NCBI GenBank assembly: GCA_017654855.1
Contig: CM030334.1
Span: 248,001 to 312,000, forward strand
Source: Podospora anserina
Taxonomy: Eukaryota
DNA length: 64,000 nt
Direction: 5' to 3'
The position numbers were made by a program, and so were the translations under genes. Positions 13,011 through 23,094 of the stretch are shown here, one piece after another (position 1 is the stretch's first letter; each line of letters begins with the position of its first letter). The notes beneath the pieces are model-generated. The model was not told the origin of the DNA. It did not search any database and saw only the letters and a program-made list of their open reading frames with translations.

Positions 13011-14407
13011 CTACCACGGTGTGGGAAGGGCGGCACGACCGTTGATGACTGGGGTGGGCAGGTAGCAGTCGGAACCTGTCGTCGATCCACCATCGCCGGG
13101 CTTTTCCAGCAAGTGTCAGCCATGCTTGGTCTCGTTTGAGACGCGAGAAAAAGGGTACTCACCTGCAGCTCACTGCAGCAAAGAGGGACGGCTTGGGTAG
13201 CTGGGCACGGCGCGTGGCTGAGCACGAATTCACCATCGCCTGTTTTTTTTTTTTTGTCATGGTCAGCAGCGCTTGATGAAGGAAGGGGAAGAAGGGTAGT
13301 GAGCTCACATCCGAGACCGATAAGTCCACCCAACAAGCCACCGGCAACACAGCACTGGGCAAAAGCGTCGCCGACATTGCACTGGAAGGAACGGAATGCA
13401 GTCACGATGGGCAGCGTGGTAAAGGTGACGCTGCTGGTGGTCGAGGTCGAAGTGGACGTGGTGATCGAGGTGCTGGGTGTCGCCGTGGTGCCAGTGAATA
13501 CGTCGACCGTGATGGTGCTGTACGCTGTGATGACGCTGATGGACCGGGTCGTGGTGGTCCCTGTGGGATCGGCTGTGTTGAAAACCGACACACGGAAGGC
13601 TGTGGGAGAGATGAGGACCGTCTGGATCGGGTGGACCGACACGTCTCTCCACATGATACAGGAGCAGGCGTAGTTGACCCGATTGACCGGCTCGGCCTCC
13701 CAGACAGCTGGCCGCGCAACAGCAGGCGCCTCTCCTTCTGCGCAGTACTCGGCCTCGGACGCGTCACTGCGCTTGGCCTTGGGAACGAAAAAGGTTGGCG
13801 AGGAGGTGATGGTTCCCGAAGTGGACGTTGTGGTGGTGGTCGTCGTCGTCGTGGATGGGTTGCCTCCGTTCAAGAGGACGCCCACACACAGACGCGCACC
13901 CAATACAAGGTTGCTGCAGAACCGGTTGATGCCGGGGTTGAGGTCCCGCAGCTGGCTGAAGGTGAGGCCATACGCCGAGTAGATCGAGTAACATGTATCC
14001 CCAGCCGCGACAACGTGGACTCCGCCGCAGACCAGTGTCGAAGTAGCCGACGTGCTTGTGGTGGTGGTGGAAGAAGTCGTGGTGGTGCTGGTGGTGCTGG
14101 TCACCCGGACATCAGGGAGAGTCGTGGTTTCTGTAGTCGAAATAGTCTCCCTTTGCACTCCAAAGCTAGCCAGGTCGAAGCTCAGCGTGATGGTTGATGT
14201 CCTGGTCCGGGCATAAACAAGAGAGGAGCAGTATCGCACCGCGTCGAGCCAGTCCTGGTTGACAGCCTCGCGGAAGCGAACTGCCCGGAGCAGACGATCA
14301 TTCTCGCAGACCCTGTTGATCTGGGTGAAGGTCAAGGGGTCGGGGTTTTGAGCGAGGGCTGAGCCCACCAGCACCGTCCAGGATACTACAAGCTGCGTCA
14401 ATTTCAT
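13011..14407 (-). CDS. Secreted LysM-domain protein with Thr-rich linkers and a C-terminal 8-Cys hydrophobin-like module, 2 introns
   Basis: Signal peptide MKLTQLVVSWTVLVGSALA; LysM CGGVHVVAAGDTCYSIYSAYGLTFSQLRDLNPGINRFCSNLVLGARLCV. Removing introns 13240-13308 and 13101-13162 gives C-CC-C-C-CC-C and a TAG at 13011-13013. Confidence 0.8.
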
Positions 14408-15024
14408 GTTGGCTTCGTCCAGGTGTGTCTGATCCGGGCTGGGGTGAGATGACTGGAGAGAGAGAGGTCACAAGAAGACAGCGTGGTGTTCGAACATAAA
14501 TCATGGTTTCGGATCTGATGTTGATGCAAGCCGGAATGCCCAACAGTCGCGTCGCGAGTAAACAAATTTCGTTGACTCCATTCCAACATGACTCCCTCTG
14601 CTGAGACACTTTCCAAAGCTCGGGACATCCTGTCTGTCCTCCCTTTTCAAAAGACGTGTTGGTATCATGAAATTGCTCCACAGACTCTTGGTGGTGGCAT
14701 GCGATCTTCTCTTGAATTGTCTCAACTTCTCCCTGTGCCTTGCCAGCTCCTGTAAAGCTCAGCTTGGTGTCTTACTGTCATTAGGGTCAAGAATTCCCAT
14801 GAGGAGAATATGATTTCACTACTTTCTGGCAATAGATCGATCGGTAATGCCCAGACTGCCTCTTCCAAAACAGCTGTTGGGCTGGGTGTTCCTTGCACCC
14901 GTCAGTAGCAACAATAAGGGTAGCCATCGTTACCATGTTTCAACATCAAGCGATGATAGAGATCCACATATCCCCAGCAAATTAACACATCATATCATTA
15001 CAACCGCCCCATTCCCACCGCTGA

Positions 15025-16464
15025 TCACTGCCTGCCATACCCAAACCTCGCCTCGTGGTCATATATACTCGGCATATTGTACAGCTCATGATCCTCCTCC
15101 GCCGCCTTGGGCTTTCTAGCACTTGTACACCTCCACAAGCAGAAATAGAGGGGGACCAACAGTATAAACATGCCCCCTGCCAGAACTGCATACCCCAACA
15201 TCACCAACCTTGTCTGCTCCGACAATTTCAGTCCCCTTTTTTTTTTTTTTTCCATGTTAGCATTCGTCCAAATTTCACGGCCATCACGCAAGCACTCACA
15301 ATCCATTATTCACCAACAACGCGACCCAAATCCCCCTCCCACCCCAAGCGTGCACCTGCTTCACCCACCCTCCATTCCCAACCACCTCCTGCCCCTCCGC
15401 TGCCCGCCTCCTGACCCAAACCCCCCATCCAACCATGGCCACCATCACCGCCACAGTCAACAACCCCAAAACCTGGTGCCCCGTTCCCATCTTGCTCGTA
15501 AGAACATGCTGCCCACTGATGACAAGCCCGGGCACCATCGCGCCTAGGGTAAACAGAAAGTAAATACTCCCAGTCGCAACATGCAGCTTGGGCCACTTCC
15601 TCCCCAGGAAAGCCGCAACAAGATTGTCGAATGGTGCGATGGCCAGGGCCACAATCGCAAACAGGATCCCGTGCGCGGTGGCGGCTTTGTTGCTTGACTT
15701 TTTGAGGGAGGGGTCGTCATCCGGGAAGGTGACGTGCTGAGTTATGTTTGTTGGTGTCCCCACCCCGCCGGGGCCGGTTGATTTGGAGATGTCGATGTTG
15801 AAAATGCCGTGGGCGACGTGTCGTCGGATGCGGGCGTCGAGGTCGTCGGTGGAGAAGGCGCCCGAGTTGGGGCCTACGGCGAACATTATCGGTGCGGTGG
15901 GGGTGTTGCTGGTCGGGATGGCGGGGTTGAAGGGGGCGGATTGGCTTTGGAGGTTGCGGCAGCTGTGGCAGGTGCCGTTGGCCGTCATTCGGCCTGTTTT
16001 TGGGGAGAGCTCGCTGCCAGGATGGAGGGTGATGCGGAGGGGGTGGTGGGTTGGTTCCGTGTTGCCGCTGGTGAAGGGGTTAGTCGACGATTATGAGGTG
16101 GGGAAAATGTGTGAAGGGGGGTCTACTTTGTGAACCGTGGGCTGACGGTGACTGATTTGCGGTCTGCGGATGGGTACATCACCAAAATTACCGAGTTTGC
16201 CATGCTGGACCCGAAGCCAATGGCCGAGTATTGATACCAATCCGGAGAGCTGACGTAAAAGTTGATATCGTTTGAGCCATCGTCTGGGAGGTTGATGGAA
16301 ATGATGGTGTTGGCCTCAGGGATAAAGACATTTGAAGCTTTGGTCTGACCCAAGACGAGATGTAATTGTGAGATGAGGTCTGTAGGTAGGTAGGTTAGTT
16401 CAACACCTGCAGATCCAAGCTATACAAACTTACAAAACATGAGCCACGGTAGTGATGAGGCCAT
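15025..16464 (-). CDS. DOMON (CDH-cytochrome-like) plus cytochrome b561 membrane protein, multi-exon
   Basis: ORF 16123..16353 (YSAIGFGSSMANSVILVMYPS...VTVSPR); ORF 15296..15988 (ANGTCHSC, IMFAVGP, IRRH..HG, then TM helices with His in AHGIL, LHV, HQVLG, VHAWGGR); last exon 15025..~15230. Start 16464 is inferred. Confidence 0.8.
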
Positions 16465-17389
16465 ATTTGTTTTAACCTGTTGCCAGCAACTTGAACACTG
16501 TGGAGAACGACCAAGAGAAATGGAGACTCAAAGAAAGAGAACTCCGGACCACTTCATGTATTATCATCATCATCAAGATGGAAATGGCCGTGCAAAACAA
16601 TGCAACCATGCAGATGTGCTTGCCGTCGGGATGTAGTTGTCGGCGGCTAACATCTCCAACTCTCCCTTGTCATTGGCTAGCCCTGTACTTGGAAGCGCTG
16701 CGCGCACCGTGACGGCAATACGCCTAGCACTTGCACCCCCAATCAACGACCTGTCACACGCAACCCCTTGGTGACAAAGGCCCAAAAATAGGCAAGCGGC
16801 AGTTGCTGGCTTTTACAACTGGTGAAACTTATTAGCATCCAAGAAATGGCCCAAGCTAATTTTCCTTTCAAGGTATCCAAGTCTAGAGAACAGATGGTGT
16901 GAATTTTCCCATGACAGGTTGATTATACAAAATGTGTAGAAGTTGTTTAAAAACTCGTTTAGAAACGGTTGCCGCGCTCACGTTTTGCCCGCCTTCTTTT
17001 TCTCAATTGAATCGAGTAGACTCTTGTATCCATGAATTTGTTTGTGCTGCACTTTTAAAACAAGCACTTGTTTGCATTGTCTGCAGTAAACCGTCGCCGA
17101 ACATTGTCCCTTCGGCAGCCATCTTCCTCCTCGCTGGCCAGGCTGAAGCGCTGCCTCGCCTTTAGCACTAACAGTCGCCGCAAATCATCTACAGCTCCGC
17201 GGACAGCACAGAGCTCCACTCTGTAAAAGAATAGAAGGTTCGTGTATACCTATCTACCAAAAGGTAGGGCTTCCTTTTTGCCTGGCACGCTGACCTAGGC
17301 CTCCAGGCCGCAATGCCTCCAATTCCAGGCGTCCACTTGGTGTATGATAACCGGCGAGTCCACAGGATTGATGACAGGGACAATGAGGC

Positions 17390-19397
17390 TTGGTCCTACA
17401 AACATGCTCGGAAGCGCAGACAATCAAAGTCTCCGAACAGAACCCAGAGATTATCCGACACATCAAGGACCGTCTCTACAAGACAGCCCACAAAAACAAA
17501 GGCTTCCTTGGATCCCATGATCGTGGAATGAGATTCGTTACTCGTGCTCAGTTTGACAACATCATCACACCCGAGGCTGTTCTTCAGGTAGTCGCCAAGC
17601 TGGCGTGTTACCAAGGTTTGACAGCAAGGGACCATATGCAAATTGCCCAAGATATCTACTGGGGCACAGAAGATGGACGCCGCTCGCCCTGTCGCCGACT
17701 GCTTGCTTCCCTCATCGGGACCGGGAATTCAGAAGCACTCGGCAGCATCAAAACACTGATCGATGAAGGCCTCAGTGACACCTGTCTTCCCCTCCTAGTT
17801 AAGGAAGTCATGGAGGAGGACACGCTGATATGTGCTCACCATGAACACCAACATGCATCCATAAACGACATGGACCTGGAGTCTCGAGAGACTTTCACCG
17901 CCCTCTGTCGATCCTTTTCAGTGCCCTTCATCAAATGGAAAGATGGCGGGAAGCATTGTCACTACGTCTTGAAAGGCGGCGGCCCTCTTCCTATGAGAGG
18001 GCCACTTCCAATGGAGAAAAAAGACAAGATGAATGAGGAAGGAGACTTTGGCGAGGTCTTCAAAGTTGAGATTGACCCAGGCGACAGGGACTTCGACCCA
18101 GAGGTAAGTGAAACTTCAGATTTTACATGACTGAACGAACGTTCAAGAAACTGATACTCTGAGGCAGAAAAACACCAACTTTTTTGCTTTAAAGAAGCTT
18201 AAGAAGCATAGTGACTCGAATGGCACTTCTCGTGCGGACGAGTTCGACCTGGAAATCAGGTCGTTGATCTTCGCCGAGAGTCGAGCTTTGAAGGTACCAG
18301 GCCCGGATGATCATGGGCAAACGAAAAGGCACTTGATCCAGCTCCTTGCAACATTCGAGGTGTACGATTCCAACGATCCAGAGCCGACATTCTACTTTCT
18401 GTTCCCACTGGCAAATTGTAACCTAAAGCAATTCTGGGAGAAGAAGCGCCACGATGCGACAAGGGAAGAGCATTGTGGTTGGATGGTTGAGCAGTTTTAC
18501 CTACTTGCCAAGGCCCTGCAGTGCGTCCACAATGAAAGGTCGCTGATGATCACGTCAAAGAGAACTGATTCCAACGTCTTTTGCCGGCATGGAGACATCA
18601 AACCATCGAACTTCCTGTTCTTTGAGGACTCTCAACCCGGCGGTCTGGGCAGGTTGGTTTTAGGTGACTTTGGTATGGCTAGATTTCACCGCAAAGGATC
18701 CAGATCAAGCCAGCCAGCAGGGGAGAGAATGGCCACGATTTCTTATCAAGCACCTGAGTTTGGCAAAGAGGATGTGGTATCTCTCAAGACCGACATCTTC
18801 AGTCTCGGATGCGTTTATTTAGAACACATTACGTGGCTTCTGATGGACTTCGAGGCCTTGGACAAGTTTATAGACGCCAGACTCGAGACAGATCCTGTGT
18901 ACGGTTTCCAGACAGATACCTTTTACAACGTGTCACAGTCCAAGGATTCCGTGTGGCTCAAGGAGGGCGTCAAGCGTTGGATCTGGGACCTGAAGCAGCA
19001 CAAAGACTGCGTGGAAGTTGTATATGATCTGTTGGAGATCATCGAGCACGACATGCTCGAAGCAAACCACCAGAAAAGGATCAACTCGGCAATGTTGGCT
19101 ACCGAATTGGAGAAAGTGTGGACCAAGTGGCAACGTAAGGATTCCCTCTACGGCGACAGGCACTGGAGAGAAAGTGAGATTGGTTCCAAAGCAATCAACA
19201 AGCCCAATTCCAGTGCTAAAGTGCTTGCTATTTCCAAAGAGCTCCTGTGGAAGCAAAAGGCTAACCGCGCGTCAAGACGGAAGATCGCCGACAACACCAC
19301 CCCAAACGACCACCAGAACCTTCAGGTAAAGGAACCAACTACAGTCGAAAATCCTTCTGGTCGCTTCGCCCTCGAAAGGGGCAAAACTTTCCACTAG
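17390..19397 (+). CDS. Fungal Ser/Thr protein kinase; start uncertain, intron ~18104-18167
   Basis: EGDFGEVFKV, FALKKL, HLIQLLATFE, RHGDIKPSNFL, LGDFGMA, SYQAPE, DIFSLGCVYLE. The first in-frame ATG is 17528, but the frame is open from 17387. Confidence 0.85.
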
Positions 19398-20104
19398 ACA
19401 ATGGAACCGGAACTGCAGTCTGAAGATGATACCGGCAGCGACTGTGAACTTTCGGCAGAGAGGGCAGAGGATAATGAAGGAGAGCACAGGAAGATGGGGG
19501 AGAAAAGCCCAACTCAAGATCACGTTGTGTCACATAAGGTAGCCAGTCCTCAAGCTGAGTCTCACACCGCTCCACCGAAGCTGCTGCTTTCCGGGCAGTG
19601 GAACTCTAGGAAACCAAGTTGTATGTTCCGTCCACTGTTTTGGCCCACCGAACGCAGTTCATGTGGTTCAGCGTCGGTTCATGTGTTGGACATGCATCTG
19701 ACCCCGCACTATCTCGCCTCTCTTGCCCTGGCATTCCGGGCGTCGCGTCGAGTGGTTGGAATGCAGCTCAGGCATTCCATAAAGCGCCGAGGCGTATCTT
19801 ATCGATATTTCCTTATGGTTGAACTTTCCTCAGGTTCAAATCATTACCGTGTGAAGTGTGAACTGACTGCCCAGGTGTTAGAAATGGGCAGGCTCCAAAT
19901 GTTTTGGACGGCATGTTTTCCGTGCTCTGTAGGTGGTGCTCCTCCGGGTGAGGTGGCTGAGTTCCGTGCATGCTCCGATAACCAATCACTCTGCTAGCCA
20001 ACCTGGGCGACTTCAAGCGAAATCTAATCTACGCAGGGTGTTGCGTGGGTAGCCACAACTGGGCTGGTTTGTTTGGGTCTGCAGGATTTCTCAGTTCTCT
20101 TTTC

Positions 20105-20615
20105 TATAGTTATTACAATCAACAGTTTATTACCAACAGGTTATAATCCTTACCTCGCTCGAATCGATCGATATTACATCGAATTAATTGATTTTCCCAC
20201 CGAAAATAACGCTTTTCCATGCGCCACTAATCGCGCCGGCCAAATTTCGTTTAAGTCGACTATACGCCTCGACCTACCCCTCTAAACCGTTCTAGAAATC
20301 ATAGGCGAGCTAAAATAATCGACCCGTACCGACTTTTACTATCCGTATAGACAGTTAAACCGTACTAGTAGCCGTTACTAGAGCTTAGGTTAGCTATTAA
20401 CGTGCCTAATGAAGTCCTCTCTATCTGTAAGGGTAATTAAATCCCTTTCTACCCGTGGAGGTAATTATGAAGCCTTCTTTATCCGTAAAGGTAAGTTAGG
20501 AAATCCTCTTTACCTGTTAAAGTAAATGAAGACTTTTTTACCCGTTAGTAATTAAAAACTATAGCGTCCGACTTCGTTAGTAAATACTAGGCGAAGCTTA
20601 TCCTCGATCTTAAAG
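20105..20615. mobile_element. AT-rich, RIP-like degraded repeat of unknown family, truncated by the adjacent LTR
   Basis: Abrupt TpA-rich, CpA/TpG-poor composition with CpG retained; abuts the LTR at 20616. Left boundary is approximate. Confidence 0.55.
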
Positions 20616-20958
20616 TGTGATAAACCCCTATCCAGAACCTCTGAAAGGGATACTGGTTGAAGGCACTTCTGAACAATCTTGGTTCGGTACAGCTAGACAG
20701 TGTACAACAATGGCTTGTCTCAATCACAATAGTCTTAATACCAACAACTGTGACTTGAATTGCATACTGCGGAACTGTCTATCTAACCTGGCCAGTTCCT
20801 CCGTATATATAGACTTCCATCCTCCAGGTACCTCCGTACCTGGTTCACCTTGGCTCACTGGTGAGCGGTGGTGATCCGGCTCACCTTGCCAAGAAGTGAG
20901 CGTCCATCACCCCGCAGTCCCGCCGTTACATTCTCCTTGATTGGCTACCACGGCCTGC
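20616..20958 (-). mobile_element. Solo LTR A (crapaud-like retrotransposon), one end truncated
   Basis: Begins TGTGATAAACCCCT; 20616-20812 is homologous to LTR B and to the reverse complement of LTR C up to CCGTATATATAG. The TGTGACA terminus is missing. Confidence 0.8.
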
Positions 20959-21400
20959 TGTGACGAACCCCTGTACAGAACCTCTGAAAGGGATACTGGT
21001 TGAAGGTAACTTCTGACAATTGGTTCGGTGCAGCTAAACAGTGCACAACAAGATGTCTCGATGTAAACACAAGATGCCGTGAATACAACTGTGAATTGCA
21101 TACTGCGGAACTGTCTATCTACACCTGCCAGTTCCTCCGTATATATAGATCCTGGGGCCCTGAGGTGCTCGCCCTGCTACGGCCCCGATTACCCATAGCA
21201 CATTGCATCCTGCAAAGTGCTCGTCGTGCTATGCCTCTGATCACTCGTAGCATCTTGCATCCTGCAGAGTGCTCGTGTGTCTTGGCGCCATAGCACTTTC
21301 GTCCAGCCCTGATTGGCTGTCTCCTGACTTCTCTAATGATTGGCTAGGGACGTCCTGCGCCCCACATGTGGCGCGGCCTGCTGTTGGGTTAACTGTGACA
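20959..21400 (-). mobile_element. Solo LTR B (crapaud-like), 442 bp
   Basis: TGTGAC...TGTGACA termini (TG...CA); 20959-21148 is nearly identical to the reverse complement of 51893-52082. Confidence 0.88.
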
Positions 21401-21810
21401 GTGGCTCTCCTTCGTGCAGAGGTCTCTTCGCTCCGTAAGGCTAATGAAGTACTAAGTAAACGCCGGAGAGCCAAAAAAACACGTGTGAGGCTTGGAGGGT
21501 CACTTACTATACAAGAGGCACAGGATCTACTGGATCAGAAGGCTGTAGGTGAGCAGGTAATCCAGGAAGATCGACAAAGTGGTGGTGGTGCAAGTGGGTC
21601 TCGTCCGAAGATTCAGTGCTGTGGCGTGTGCGGTAAGCCAGGCCATAATGCACGCACCTGCAAGGAGGCTGCAGAATCATCTGATTCATCTGTTTCTGGT
21701 TCAATTATTGTGGTTTCCTAGTATTGTGGTTGTGTAATTGAAGATAGTTGTAGTGGGGTGGTGCAAAGTGTTCGGCTCGCTTGTCTGTTCGGCTCGCTTA
21801 TCATGCACGT
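21401..21810 (+). mobile_element. 3' remnant of a Fot1/pogo-type DNA transposon with its right TIR
   Basis: Open transposase C-terminus LRKANEVLSKRRRAKKTRVRLGGSL...CGVCGKPGHNARTC (zinc knuckle). Ends TGTTCGGCTCGCTT x2 ...ACGT followed by TA. Similar to 53173-53500. Confidence 0.9.
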
Positions 21811-22739
21811 TAGTAGGTTTTAAAAGATAGTATATAGGCCTTAAAAGATAGTTAGTAGGCCTTGAAGGATAACTAATGGCGTTTTAGTCTGGTGCGTATG
21901 TGCAGATAGACAAGTTTATGGCTATGCTAATCACAGAGTGAGATGGAAGAGACAGGCATCTTGCTTGGACAAATAGATCCAGAATGGATTTCACTGAGCG
22001 CTTCAGTATTCAGCTTCTCTGCAACAGGACTGTTCGGTACTTATCAACACACCAGCTTCTCGACCATATCCCCCCCCTTTTACCATTTCCCCTCTACGAT
22101 GCCTCCTGTGGTTGGTGCCTAGTTGGTGAGTGATACTCGGCATGTACCCAAGATTGAAGACGGAAGTTCAGGCACATACCGTCGGTATGGGTGCTCCTTC
22201 AACTGGTGTATCCATCCCTGAACACCTTTCTTCAGCAGTGGAATATCTCCGTTTCTTGTGCCACTCTCTCGAAAAAGGTGTCCATTCGGTGTCCATACCG
22301 ATCAATCTCAGTCCTAGCAGTCTCAAAAGCAGCGAGCCCTGCCTGACCCAGGAGTAGCCAAACGATGCACTCACCCGGCCGCGCCGCCACCCTCCCCGGC
22401 CCCCGCAACTGGCCCTCCCTGGGACTTTTCCCGGCACCTTCCCCGATCTGGCCGCTGTTCTTGCCCCGGCCCCTGTCGCCCCTCCGGTCGCCCTGGCTCT
22501 CGCACCGCCCTGCCTTCGCTGCTGTAAGTAACGATATTTTGTTTCATCTACCCGCAGAGTCAAAGTCCTACCATCTGGTTCTTAAAAAGTATCTCGCCAG
22601 CGTCGTCACCTTCTTCGCAAGTAATAACGTTTATTTATTTTTTGAGCTGTGTCTTTGAGTTTGATTTAGAATCTAATATCTTTTAGAACTGTCTTGGTGG
22701 TATTTTGTTGGGCGCTTGCGCGCTGGCTTTTTCTTGTGT

Positions 22740-22996
22740 TAGGGTTTTTGGGTTTTCTGGGTCGGTTCCCGGGCCCGAATCCGCAGCCTGGGCAGCAGTT
22801 GGATGCTTTCATCTGGGCTAAAGCACCAGGATTCTCGGATGGAAGCAACAGTTCTCCAATTGATGTATATCAAAAGTACTGCGGGGGAGTCGATGCTCAC
22901 GAGCCATCTCCAGAAAGAGGAGAGTGGTTTCAGGAGTATTTTGAGACACTGGTTGGGGAGGCTTCTCCAGAGATCAAGGTCCAGCCATGGAAATGA
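22740..22996 (+). pseudogene. Orphan C-terminal fragment of a GH6 cellulase
   Basis: LDAFIWAKAPGFSDGS...CGGVDAHEPSPERGEWFQEYFETLVGEASP resembles the GH6 end (LDAFVWVKPGGE.DG...P.AG.WFQ.YF..L..NA.P). No upstream GH6 sequence seen. Confidence 0.7.
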
Positions 22997-23094
22997 TGGT
23001 AGGACACCGTAATTCTGCTGTGTTGTCCGTAGTTAACGGTTGCTGCTGTTTCGAATTGCGCTTCAGAATAATGAAAAAGTATCAGGTACCTAGT

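Noticed and set aside
20411-20553. CRISPR-like array
   Set aside because: Eukaryotic context, no unique spacers and no cas genes; it is a degenerate tandem repeat.
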